The notes under the pieces are model-generated. The model made no database searches and was not told the origin of the DNA. It was given only the letters and a program-made list of their open reading frames with translations. Source: an uncultured Eubacteriales bacterium (GTDB taxonomy: Bacteria; Actinomycetota; Coriobacteriia; Anaerosomatales; PHET01). Taken from it: 60,614 nucleotides of DNA. A program made the translations under genes and the position numbers. The DNA is taken from the NCBI GenBank assembly GCA_964492775.1, contig CAZBLH010000002.1, positions 1 to 60,614 of the forward strand. Reading direction: 5' to 3'. This document shows, one piece after another, positions 47,280-56,652 of this stretch. The first letter of the stretch is position 1; the number at the start of each line of letters is the position of its first letter.

Positions 47280-48522
47280 AAGCCCTTCGAAGGTGGCCAC
47301 CTCATCGAGTGACTCGCCACTGGTCGTGATCGCATCCCGAAACGACATGACCCGGGACAACCGCTGTCGGAAGATGGCGCGGTCACTCCAAGATGCCGGG
47401 TGGACGGTGATTCGCTTGGGGCTACTCACCAGCTCTGCCCAGCCGCAGTCGGAGAGCGACGTGGCCGGCGCGATCTATCGAGTTCGCACTACCGAGCGGT
47501 TCGCCGCCGATCGCATTGAGGCAGGCGATCTGCCTGCTCCCGATCCGGGTGCTGTCGCCCCGGCGCGTGCCAGCACCAAGGGTGCCATTCGAGATGCGCT
47601 CGGTAGGTATCGTGACTGTGTGCTGTTCGCGCAAGAGATCGAGAAGCGAGCACCATCGGTCGTCATCGTGCAGAATCCCGACCTCGGGCCGCTGGTTCCT
47701 ATGCTTCGTCGCAGGGGCGTCCCTGTCGTGTGGGAGGCCCTGGAGATCTGGACGGAGATGGAGCCAAGGGCGCACCGCATGTACAAGCTGCTCTTCGGGC
47801 GTTTCGAGCGCATGGCATGGCGCTCTGCGAGCGAGCGAACGGCGGTCAACGAGTATGTCGGCAAGGAGCTGGCGCGGCGCCATGGGGAGCTGCCCTTCTC
47901 GGCCATACACAACGGTTCGGACCGCTGTCGCGAGGCTGTGAGCGCACCATCACAGCCGGTACGTCTCTTCTTCCAGGGAGCGTTCGAGGCAAACAGGGAC
48001 CTCGACATTCTCGTGCAGGCTATGGTCGGCCTGCGGGGGAAGGCTACGCTGACGCTGCAGGGCTTCGGCGTGATGGAGCGCGCTCTACGCGATCTGGTTG
48101 ACGAGTTGGCACTTCAGGAGACTGTGCGGTTCATCGAGCCGTGCGCGCCGTCGGATGTCGTCGAGAGTGCGGCAGGCTACGACGTGGGGATCGTCTCGTA
48201 CCGGGCGACCTCCATGAACCTGCTCTACTCGTCACCTAACAAGTTCTTCGACTACCTCGGCGGCAGCCTGGCGTTGGCAGTAGGCGAGATCCCGTTCATG
48301 GCCGATGCTGTGCGTAGGTTCGAGTGCGGTGTCGTACTCGACACTTCTTCACCGGAGTCGCTCGGCGCGGGGCTTGCCGAGATGATTTCTGACCGCGAAA
48401 GCCTGTCTCGTATGAAACGAGGCGCCCTCGCTGCATGTCGAGAGTACGCATGGGATCGGCAGGCGGAGACTCTCATCAAGATGTGTGAGCGTCTCGTCGC
48501 TGCGCAGGGAGTCCCGAAGTGA
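47269..48522 (+). CDS. GT4-family glycosyltransferase
   Basis: DNRCRKMA, SPNKFFDYL; paralogous C-domain. Confidence 0.86.
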   Translation: MPTESPSKVATSSSDSPLVVIASRNDMTRDNRCRKMARSLQDAGWTVIRLGLLTSSAQPQSESDVAGAIYRVRTTERFAADRIEAGDLPAPDPGAVAPARASTKGAIRDALGRYRDCVLFAQEIEKRAPSVVIVQNPDLGPLVPMLRRRGVPVVWEALEIWTEMEPRAHRMYKLLFGRFERMAWRSASERTAVNEYVGKELARRHGELPFSAIHNGSDRCREAVSAPSQPVRLFFQGAFEANRDLDILVQAMVGLRGKATLTLQGFGVMERALRDLVDELALQETVRFIEPCAPSDVVESAAGYDVGIVSYRATSMNLLYSSPNKFFDYLGGSLALAVGEIPFMADAVRRFECGVVLDTSSPESLGAGLAEMISDRESLSRMKRGALAACREYAWDRQAETLIKMCERLVAAQGVPK

Positions 48523-49685
48523 ACGTTGTCATCCTCGTCCTGAACGATATGGCTTCGGATGCGCGCACGTGGCGTGAAGCTGCTGCGCTGGCGGAGGCAG
48601 GGCACAGTGTCACCGTCGTAGCCCTAGCGGGAGAGGGCCTTCTCATGAGGGAGGACGCTGATGGCTTCACCATCACGCGGTCGCTATCGTCGACTACGGC
48701 GACGGCCCGTCAGCCTCTACGGAAGCTCCGCCAGTCTCGCGAGCGCGAGGAGAGTGCAGTTCAGGCTGCGTTAGCCGCACGACCCGACATCGTCCACGCG
48801 CACGACACCGACACGCTGTCCGCCGGCGCGCGCATCAAGCGCCTGACCGGTGCCACACTCGTGTACGGCGCCGACGAGCTCTATCCGGAGATGCTCATTG
48901 CAAACAGGGCGAACGTTCCGGCGCCGATTCTTGCGTATTGGCGCTCGGTAGAGCGTCGACTTGTGCCGCAGGCGGACGCAGTCGTGACGGTCGGAGACGC
49001 GGTCGCTGAGGAGCTCCGCCGTCGGTTCGGCATCGAACCCGTGGTCGTGCGGAGTGTGCCGCAGCTGCGGCCGCTCGGCGATCGCTCTCGGCTGCGGCAG
49101 AGGCTGGGAGTAAGCGAAGGCGCTGTCGTGCTGCTGTATCAGGGACTGGTCAATCACGGCCGGGGACTCTCGCAGATGATCGAGGCGGTGTCGCACGTCC
49201 CTGAGGTGCACTTCGCTGTGCAGGGCATGGGGCCGACCGTCGACGCGTTTCTGGATAGGGTAGCGGCATCGCCCGCGCGCGGCCGCATTCACTATCTCGG
49301 CAAGGCGCCGCAGGAAGAGCTGCACGACTGGGCGTCCGGCGCAGACATCGGCGACCTTGTGATCGAGAACACGTCACTCAACAACTATCTCGCCGCGCCA
49401 AACAAGCTGTTCGGCTACATGATGGCCGGAGTCCCGACGCTGGCGAGCGACTTCCCAGAGATGGCATCGATTCTCGGAGAGGGTCCTGCGGGCATCACCG
49501 TGGATCCGGCATCAACCGGAAGCATCGTTGAGGGCCTGCGTAGCCTCGCGGTAGACCGCGACCTGCGTGAGCGCATGGGCGCGAACGCTCGGCGGTTGGC
49601 GGAGACGCGCTACAACTGGGACATCGAGAAGCAGAAGCTGCTCGAGCTCTACGCGCGCCTCTCGGCGGCCCGCTCTACCTCGTAG
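48519..49685 (+). CDS. GT4-family glycosyltransferase
   Basis: DARTWREA, DIVHAHD, PNKLFGYMMAGVP..ASDFP. Confidence 0.88.
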   Translation: MNVVILVLNDMASDARTWREAAALAEAGHSVTVVALAGEGLLMREDADGFTITRSLSSTTATARQPLRKLRQSREREESAVQAALAARPDIVHAHDTDTLSAGARIKRLTGATLVYGADELYPEMLIANRANVPAPILAYWRSVERRLVPQADAVVTVGDAVAEELRRRFGIEPVVVRSVPQLRPLGDRSRLRQRLGVSEGAVVLLYQGLVNHGRGLSQMIEAVSHVPEVHFAVQGMGPTVDAFLDRVAASPARGRIHYLGKAPQEELHDWASGADIGDLVIENTSLNNYLAAPNKLFGYMMAGVPTLASDFPEMASILGEGPAGITVDPASTGSIVEGLRSLAVDRDLRERMGANARRLAETRYNWDIEKQKLLELYARLSAARSTS

Positions 49686-50596
49686 GCGAGACGAACGGCG
49701 TTCACGCCGTCGCGGCCGGTGACAAGCGGGTCGCGGTCCTCGACGATAGCCTCGATGAAGTTGCGTAGTTCGCGTGCGAGCGGCTCTCCCGATCGATCCA
49801 GGTAGGGCACCTCAACGACGTTCGCCTGCCGATAGACGCCGTTCGCTTCGAACTCCACCGTGGTCTCGCGCTTGATCGAGATGTCCTGGCGAACGGTGTC
49901 GGCAAGTATGAAGCGCTCGCGTTCGGCGACGGCGATGCGGCGTACCTTGTCCTGAGTCGCGCGGGAGGTCTGGAGCGATGCGATGCAGCCGTTCTCGAAC
50001 TCAAGGACCGCGCTCGCGACGTCCAAGGTCTCCGAGAAGACCTTCGCCCCAACCGCCTCAACCTTGATCGGGTAGCCGCCAGCGATCCAGCACGCCAGAT
50101 CGAGGTCGTGGACCATGAGGTCGAACACCACGCTGTCGGCGATCCGCGGCGTGTAGGGCGAAAGGCGCTCGAGAGACAGCATGACCGGATCGGTCGCAAG
50201 CCCGGCGAGTACCGATACAGCCGCGTTGAATCGCTCAACGTGGCCGACGGCCAGCTTGACGCCTGCGCGCTCGGCGGCATCGACGAGGTCTTGAGCCTTC
50301 TCAGGGGTCGGAGCGAGCGGCTTCTCGATGAGCACGTGGACGCCCCGCTCGATCAGGGACAGGGCCGTCTCCACGTGGTACGCGGTGGGGGTGGCGACTA
50401 CTGCGAAGTCGACATCGCCAAGCTCCGCGCAGGAGGCGCACACGCCGGTACCGGCGGCGCGGGCGTGAGGAGTGGCGCGCTCGGTGTCGGGATCGACTAC
50501 TGCCACAAGCTCGACGTCGTCCATCGAGCCGAGTATGCGAACGTGATGGCGCCCCATGTTGCCCGCGCCGATGACGGCGGCCTTGAGTCTGCTCAC
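49649..50596 (-). CDS. Gfo/Idh/MocA oxidoreductase, WbpB/WlbA-like
   Basis: AVIGAGNMGRHH, LIEKP, VGHVERFN, DLMVHDLD; GTG start at 50596 (longer ORF call is a shadow extension). Confidence 0.88.
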   Translation of the reverse strand: MSRLKAAVIGAGNMGRHHVRILGSMDDVELVAVVDPDTERATPHARAAGTGVCASCAELGDVDFAVVATPTAYHVETALSLIERGVHVLIEKPLAPTPEKAQDLVDAAERAGVKLAVGHVERFNAAVSVLAGLATDPVMLSLERLSPYTPRIADSVVFDLMVHDLDLACWIAGGYPIKVEAVGAKVFSETLDVASAVLEFENGCIASLQTSRATQDKVRRIAVAERERFILADTVRQDISIKRETTVEFEANGVYRQANVVEVPYLDRSGEPLARELRNFIEAIVEDRDPLVTGRDGVNAVRLAYEVERAAERRA

Positions 50597-50827
50597 GTGT
50601 GTCCCGTCCCTTTGGCTCTTCTCGGCCAGTCTCGGTTGCTTCGTGCTCCGGACAGAGTATAGACGTTGCGGAACAGGCGACGCAGCGGTGAGCGAGGGAG
50701 TGGCGCCACGCTGGGGTCGGTATACTTGCACTGTCGTGTGGACCGCTGCGGCGGGTTCGCGAGCCATGCGACGCCGGCGTGTCGGTCGCCGGCCGGCAAC
50801 TGCGAGGAGGCTCGAGGTGTGGGACCG

Positions 50828-51709
50828 GTGAGTGACGACAGGCCGCTCTTCTCGGTCGCCGTTCCGGCCTACAACGCGGCTGAGACGATTTCTCGCGCCA
50901 TCGACTCGGTGCTTTCCCAGGAATGCGATGACTGGGAGCTCGTGATCACCGACGATGGTTCCACCGACGACACTCGCGCCATTATTGACTCCTACGCGGT
51001 GAGCGACGGGCGCATCACCGTCGAGTCGCAGCCTAACCGGGGGACCGGTGCTGCCCTGAACGCTGCTGTCGTTCGTTCGCGTGGCGTCTACATCGTCCAA
51101 CTCGGCGCTGATGACATGCTCGATCCGGAGTACACCAGCGTGATGAGTGGGTTCATCCATTGCAACCCGGGGTTTGATATCTACGCATCGAACGCGTACC
51201 GAGAACTCCCGGACGGGACGCGTGAGCTGTACCACACGGATCCGCGGTTCACCCAGGTTTTCTCGCTTACGCTTGAAGACCTGCTCGAGGCCAACCAGAT
51301 CTACGGCTCGGCGGCGTTTCGGCGCGAGGTCTTCGACCACCTCGGCGGCTTCCGGCCCGAGTACCACAGCGAGGACTACGACTTCTGGCTGCGGGCGATG
51401 ATGGCGGGGGCGACTCACATCTACAACCCGCGGCCGCTCGCGGTCTACCGCGTGACCCAGGGGCAGAAGACCGAGTCCGCAGAGCTCATGCGCCGAGAAG
51501 ATATCCGCATCCTGCGCGACGCGATCGAAAGCGGCCTCCTCAACGCTGAGCAGGTCGCGCACGCCGAGCGCACGATCGCGCGTCACGAGCGCAACATCGC
51601 ATTTCGGGAAGGCGTGCGTTCGCGGCTCAGCCCCGAAGCTGCCGAGAAGTTCCTCGGCGTGGCCAAGGGTATCGTCACGAAGCTCCGACGGCGCGGGTAT
51701 TCCGAGTGA
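50828..51709 (+). CDS. GT2-family glycosyltransferase
   Basis: FSVAVPAYN, DDGSTD, LGADD, EDYDFWLR. Confidence 0.93.
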   Translation: MSDDRPLFSVAVPAYNAAETISRAIDSVLSQECDDWELVITDDGSTDDTRAIIDSYAVSDGRITVESQPNRGTGAALNAAVVRSRGVYIVQLGADDMLDPEYTSVMSGFIHCNPGFDIYASNAYRELPDGTRELYHTDPRFTQVFSLTLEDLLEANQIYGSAAFRREVFDHLGGFRPEYHSEDYDFWLRAMMAGATHIYNPRPLAVYRVTQGQKTESAELMRREDIRILRDAIESGLLNAEQVAHAERTIARHERNIAFREGVRSRLSPEAAEKFLGVAKGIVTKLRRRGYSE

Positions 51710-52830
51710 GCGCGCCGCGCGTTCTTTTGGTGGCTGCGGCAAACGCCACCACGGGTGGGGGAGAGAAGCACGTCGCCGACCTGCTCCGAGGGCTGATCGA
51801 GCGCGGCTTCACATGCTCGCTCGCGGCTCCTCCCGGCGGCGACCTTGGGGAAATCGCCCGCTCACTCGGAGTGATGAGCTATTCCGTCGCGCTGGCATCG
51901 GGTCTATCGGCCACGCGAGTCGCCGAGTTGCGGCGTGCCATCGCTTCGGCCGCGCCGGACATCGTTCACGCCCACGGGTCGCGAGCAGCGTTCTTCACGC
52001 GGCTCGCGGACCCGATAGCGAGTACTCGCGTCGTCTACACGGTTCACGGGATTCACGTCGATCGATCCGGCTCGCCCGTTCGGCGGGTCGCCCTGCGCGT
52101 GGCGGAGCGGTTCCTGCGGCCGCGGACCGCCCGGTTCATCACGGTTTGCAAGGCGGACCTCGAGCGTGGTGCGACCCTGGGCATCGTGGATCGCGCGAAG
52201 GCGCACGTCGTCTACAACGGCATCGAGCTTCCGCAGCAGCCTGGCGACGCCGATGCGTTCCGCTCTGAGCTCAGGCTGGGCGCCGAGCGGCCCTTGGCCG
52301 TCTGCGTGGCCCGTTTCGAGAAGGAGAAAGACCACGAAATGCTTGTCGACGCCTTCGCCCTCGTGCACGAGATGCGGCCTGACGCCGTGCTTGCCCTGAT
52401 CGGCGCAGGGGCTCTTGAAGGTCGGATACGCGAGAGGGTCATGTCGCTGCGGCTCGGCGAGGCGGTAAGGATCTTGAGACCACGCCCCTCGGTCGCTAAT
52501 GCATACGCGGCGGCGACGGCCGTCGTGCTCTCTTCGCGTTGGGAGGGTCTTCCTTACACGGTGGTCGAGGCCATGGCCTATGCGAAGCCGGTCATCGCCA
52601 CCCGCGTCGACGGTATCCCCGAGGCGGTCGAGGATGGCATCACCGGCCTGCTGGTGGAGCCGGGCGACGCGCGGATGCTCGCCGAGGCGCTCGGCGCTGT
52701 CTTCGGCGAACCTGATCGCGCTCGGCGGATGGGTGAAGCAGGCGCTTCGCGAGTGCCGGAACGCTTCACGCTTGAGCGAATGCTCGACGGAGTCGAGGCC
52801 GTCTACGGTGAGGTCATTCGAGGTCGTTGA
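51706..52830 (+). CDS. GT4-family glycosyltransferase
   Basis: GGGE, DIVHAHG, SRWEGLPYTVVEAMA (EX7E). Confidence 0.93.
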   Translation: MSAPRVLLVAAANATTGGGEKHVADLLRGLIERGFTCSLAAPPGGDLGEIARSLGVMSYSVALASGLSATRVAELRRAIASAAPDIVHAHGSRAAFFTRLADPIASTRVVYTVHGIHVDRSGSPVRRVALRVAERFLRPRTARFITVCKADLERGATLGIVDRAKAHVVYNGIELPQQPGDADAFRSELRLGAERPLAVCVARFEKEKDHEMLVDAFALVHEMRPDAVLALIGAGALEGRIRERVMSLRLGEAVRILRPRPSVANAYAAATAVVLSSRWEGLPYTVVEAMAYAKPVIATRVDGIPEAVEDGITGLLVEPGDARMLAEALGAVFGEPDRARRMGEAGASRVPERFTLERMLDGVEAVYGEVIRGR

Positions 52831-52929
52831 GACGGTACGCGGTAGTGTCGCCGATCGGGTGTTGTGAGATTCGGATAATCCGGTCAACTCCGTAGCGGCG
52901 TCGAGCGCAAAGCACTAGGATGAGTCCTG

Positions 52930-52947
52930 TTGTGAGGGGTGTCACAA
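52930..52947. promoter_or_regulatory. CRP/FNR-family (or Rex-like) operator upstream of the first CWB2 gene
   Basis: TTGTGA-GGGGTG-TCACAA contains a perfect TGTGA-N6-TCACA. Confidence 0.55.
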
Positions 52948-52979
52948 GGTCGGGGGCCATCGATCGAGGGAGGACAAGA

Positions 52980-54683
52980 ATGAGGTTCAGGAACGGAGGA
53001 GGCCGGATCGGGCTCATGGCGCTCGTGTGCGCTCTGGTGCTCGCTCTGGCGGTGCCGAGTGTTTCTCTCGGCCTCGAGAACGCGATCTCGGGCAAGGTGA
53101 CGGAAGGAACCGATGAGGTCGAGGGTGCCTCGGTAGAGCTGCACAAGTACCTGTCGGCGACGGATTCGTACGAACGGATCTCGACGGTCACCACCGATAA
53201 GTATGGCGAGTACTCGTTCAACGTGAACGATGCTGGGACCTATGTGATCGATGTCTACCCCGACCCGCAGTCGGCTCTGGAGGACTATTCCTCGGCCAAG
53301 TTTTCGTTCGACGGGACGACTCCCGTTACCCACAACGTGGCGCTTGTATCAGTGTTCGAGCCTGACCAGTTCGAGCCGGACAATGTGCCGGCCCAGGCGA
53401 AGACCATTAGCAAGGACGGCACCCGGCAGGACCATAGCCTTCCGGCAGGCGATATCGACTGGGTGAAGTTCGAGGCGGTACAGGGCAAGACGTACGTGAT
53501 AGAGACGTTCGGGCGCCCGGGGATTGCGACGGACACAGTAATCGAGCTGCGCGACTCGGTGGCCGCAGTTGCGGATAACGACGACAAACTCTATCCAAGT
53601 GACTTGTTCTCGAAGATCACATGGACCGCGCCTACGACGGGGACCATGTATCTGGGAATTGCAGATGTAAACAGCATGCGGGGCGCATACAGCGTGAGCG
53701 TTACCGAGAGCGGCGGCACGACTCCTCCGCCTCCGCCCCCACCTCCCGTTGGGACCACGCTCGTTGCCGTCGAGGGTTCGAACCGCTACCAGACCTCTGT
53801 CGCAGCCTCTAAGCGCGCCTTCCCGGGCCAGGCTCCAGCGGTCGTCATAGCTACCGGTGAGAACTTCGCAGACGCCCTTGGCGGAGCCAGCCTGGCTGGC
53901 GCAGTTGGCGGCCCGCTCCTGCTCACTCAGAAGGGCAGCCTGCCCGCTGACGTGATCAAGGAAGTCCAGAGCCTGAGCCCGGCAAAGGCCTATGTGCTCG
54001 GCGGCACGGGTGCTGTAGGCGCGAACGTCATCGCGGATATCAAGAACAAGTGCGGTGTCTCCACGGTGATTCGCATCGAGGGGTCGAGCCGCTACGAGAC
54101 CGCGAGCAAGGCTGCGGCCGAGACCATCAAGCTCCTCGGTGGCGCCTATGAGGGCAAGGCGTTTGTTGCCACCGGCGCGAACTTCCCTGACGCCCTCGGC
54201 GCATCGCCGCTGTCTGCGGCGAAGGGTATCCCCGTGGTGCTCGCGAACCCAAAAGAAGCCGGTGTCACTCTGCCTGCAGGCGTCACGAGCGCGATCATCC
54301 TTGGTGGCGACGGAGCGGTCTCGTCCAAGATCGAGGCGTCGCTGAAGTCGAAGCTGGGCTCCACCAAGGTCAGTCGCATCGCCGGTGGCGACCGCTTCGG
54401 GACCGCGGCTGAGGTCGCGAAGTTCGGCGTCAGCCAGCTCGGGCTCACGTTCGACGGCGTAGGAATCGCTACAGGCATGAACTTCCCCGACGCGCTCGGC
54501 GCGGGCCCGGCTCTCGGCGAGATGGGCACGGTGCTCCTGCTTGCCAAGCCCGCCGGATTGCCTTCGTCAACGAGGACCGTGCTCCAGGCCAATCGTGATT
54601 CGATCTCTAAGGTGCACTTCTTCGGAGGTACTGGGGCCATCCCGACTTCCGTTCGCAATGAGGTCAAGGGGCTGCTCAAGTAG
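52980..54683 (+). CDS. Secreted surface protein with three cell wall binding repeat 2 (CWB2) domains
   Basis: Signal peptide; beta-sandwich and PPC-like (DQFEPDN, DIDW, DNDD) regions; P8 linker; three G..RY.T / ATG.NF.DAL / PLLL repeats. Confidence 0.92.
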   Translation: MRFRNGGGRIGLMALVCALVLALAVPSVSLGLENAISGKVTEGTDEVEGASVELHKYLSATDSYERISTVTTDKYGEYSFNVNDAGTYVIDVYPDPQSALEDYSSAKFSFDGTTPVTHNVALVSVFEPDQFEPDNVPAQAKTISKDGTRQDHSLPAGDIDWVKFEAVQGKTYVIETFGRPGIATDTVIELRDSVAAVADNDDKLYPSDLFSKITWTAPTTGTMYLGIADVNSMRGAYSVSVTESGGTTPPPPPPPPVGTTLVAVEGSNRYQTSVAASKRAFPGQAPAVVIATGENFADALGGASLAGAVGGPLLLTQKGSLPADVIKEVQSLSPAKAYVLGGTGAVGANVIADIKNKCGVSTVIRIEGSSRYETASKAAAETIKLLGGAYEGKAFVATGANFPDALGASPLSAAKGIPVVLANPKEAGVTLPAGVTSAIILGGDGAVSSKIEASLKSKLGSTKVSRIAGGDRFGTAAEVAKFGVSQLGLTFDGVGIATGMNFPDALGAGPALGEMGTVLLLAKPAGLPSSTRTVLQANRDSISKVHFFGGTGAIPTSVRNEVKGLLK

Positions 54684-54743
54684 AAGCACGTGATCACGAC
54701 CGCTCGCCCGTGCATGGGTGATGCGGCTCTGAGGACTGTCGGC

Positions 54744-54780
54744 CACGGCGGCGGGTATCTCCCCGCCGCCGTGTGCTGTT
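54744..54780 (+). terminator. Probable terminator hairpin after the first CWB2 gene
   Basis: Perfect 12-bp stem CACGGCGGCGGG-N6-CCCGCCGCCGTG, weak U-rich tail. Confidence 0.5.
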
Positions 54781-54926
54781 CCTCGGGATCCTCAGTTCCT
54801 GCCGTGTCCTCGGTGTGTGATTCGGGAAGGCTTGAGCAGGGAATGCATTGCTCCTAGCATTAGCCATCAACCGAGTTCCGGCGAGCATCCTCGGCAGTCC
54901 GTGGCTGTGTCTGCGAATGGGGGAGC

Positions 54927-56624
54927 ATGAACAAGCTGCTCAGCGTCCATAGATTTGTCTCGATCGCGCTCGTCTGCGTGCTCTTGCTCGCGTTGTGCGC
55001 GCCGAGCTTGGCTGTGGGGGCCGTCCCGGCCAACGGGTCGCTGTTCGGATACGTCACCGATGGCGACGGGCAGCCTGTCGAAGGGGCGCAGATAGAGCTA
55101 TTCCGGGCAAGCGACGGCAAGTACGTCACAACCGGCTGGAGTCGAACTGCGGGTTACTACCAGTTCAGCTCCGATCCGGACGATCAGCCGACGCAGTACC
55201 GGATGAAGGTCTCGGTTGCCCCCTCCTACGGCCTCAGGGTCTATGAGTCTCCATCCTTCACGATTGGGGCGAACGTGCCCTCCGTGGAAATGAATGTTCA
55301 GCTGTCATGGGGAGCCGAGCTTGCCGCTGACAGCTATGAGAACGACGAGTTCAATCCGCAGCACATCACGGTAGGCGGTGCGGCGCAGCAGCGAACGCTC
55401 TATCCCGCCGCCGACGTCGACCGGGCCGTCATTGATGTTATCGCCGGGCGAACGTATCTGATCGAGACGTCGCCTCGCGAGTACTACACCGACACGGAGT
55501 TGTCCCTGTACGATTCCAGCGAAGCCGAGTACGAGATCAAGTACAACGACGACAAGGACTACCCGAACCGAGATTTGTACTCAAGGGTGAAGTGGACTGC
55601 TATTGAGAGTGGGCAGCTCTACATCGAGGTCAGGGAACGCAACGAAGAGGCAATCGGCGACTATCAGCTCCGTGTTGTCGAGTTCCGGCCGCCTGCGACT
55701 CAGCTCCAAACTTTGGCAGGCGCGGATCGATATGCCACCGCGCTGAAAGCATCACATGCGGCGTTCGAGGCGGCAGACTCAGTGGTGGTCGCGACAGGTG
55801 AGTCCTTCGCCGATGCGCTCGGCGGGGCCAGCCTTGCCGGGGTAGTCGAAGGTCCGATGTTGCTAACCAGGAAGGACCGCCTTCCGGATGGCCTTGCAGG
55901 TGAGATACAGCGGCTCGGCGCAGAGAAGGTCTACATCCTCGGCGGAACCGGTGCCGTCTCCCCGGCAGCAGAGGCTGCGCTGCGCAAGGTGCCGGGCGTG
56001 GTGCAGATCGAGCGACTGGCCGGGCGAAGCAGGTACGACACCGCGCTGGTGATCGCCCAGAAGGTCATAGCTCTCCAAGGCCAAGCCTACGGCGGGGGAG
56101 TCTTCGTTGCGACGGGGGCCAACTTCCCTGATGCGCTCGGAGCGTCGCCTCTTGCAGCAAGAACCGGCTTCCCGATCTTGCTCGCCAACCCAAACTCATC
56201 GACGATCGCCCTGCCTCCTCAGGCTGACGTGGCAATCGTCTGCGGAGGCGAGGGCGCCGTGTCGAGGTCGATCGAGCGGACGCTGGAGCAGAGACTCGGT
56301 GTAGACAACGTTATGCGCTTCGATGGGGAGGACCGCTTCGAAACGGCCGCTTATGTTGCCGAGATGGGCGTGCTCATGTTCGGCATGACGTGGGACGGCG
56401 TCGGCGTCACCACGGGGATGAACTACCCCGATGCGCTGAGTGCCGGACCGGCGCTGAGCGCGATGAACACGGTCATGCTCCTGACGAGGCCCTACCAGTT
56501 GCCGTTGGTCTCGGCGATCTGCCTGTCCTACTACCGTGACGACATCGAGCGGATCCACATCTTCGGCGGCGCCACCGCAGTGAGTTCACCGGTGGCAGTC
56601 AGCATGCGCAGCCTCCTGCACTAG
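54927..56624 (+). CDS. Second CWB2 surface protein, paralogous architecture
   Basis: Signal peptide, GYVTDGDGQPVEGA carboxypeptidase-regulatory-like domain, DSYEND/YNDD PPC-like domain, three CWB2 repeats. Confidence 0.92.
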   Translation: MNKLLSVHRFVSIALVCVLLLALCAPSLAVGAVPANGSLFGYVTDGDGQPVEGAQIELFRASDGKYVTTGWSRTAGYYQFSSDPDDQPTQYRMKVSVAPSYGLRVYESPSFTIGANVPSVEMNVQLSWGAELAADSYENDEFNPQHITVGGAAQQRTLYPAADVDRAVIDVIAGRTYLIETSPREYYTDTELSLYDSSEAEYEIKYNDDKDYPNRDLYSRVKWTAIESGQLYIEVRERNEEAIGDYQLRVVEFRPPATQLQTLAGADRYATALKASHAAFEAADSVVVATGESFADALGGASLAGVVEGPMLLTRKDRLPDGLAGEIQRLGAEKVYILGGTGAVSPAAEAALRKVPGVVQIERLAGRSRYDTALVIAQKVIALQGQAYGGGVFVATGANFPDALGASPLAARTGFPILLANPNSSTIALPPQADVAIVCGGEGAVSRSIERTLEQRLGVDNVMRFDGEDRFETAAYVAEMGVLMFGMTWDGVGVTTGMNYPDALSAGPALSAMNTVMLLTRPYQLPLVSAICLSYYRDDIERIHIFGGATAVSSPVAVSMRSLLH

Positions 56625-56652
56625 CGGTGGCTCGTCAGCGACGCGAGCGGGT

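Noticed and set aside
50597-51742. 697-aa version of the Gfo/Idh/MocA ORF as a fusion protein
   Set aside because: The extension is antisense to the GT2 gene and spans the divergent promoter region; the Rossmann motif starts at the GTG at 50596.
53724-53747. Polyproline-encoding tract as a phase-variable repeat
   Set aside because: Mixed Pro codons; an ordinary interdomain linker.
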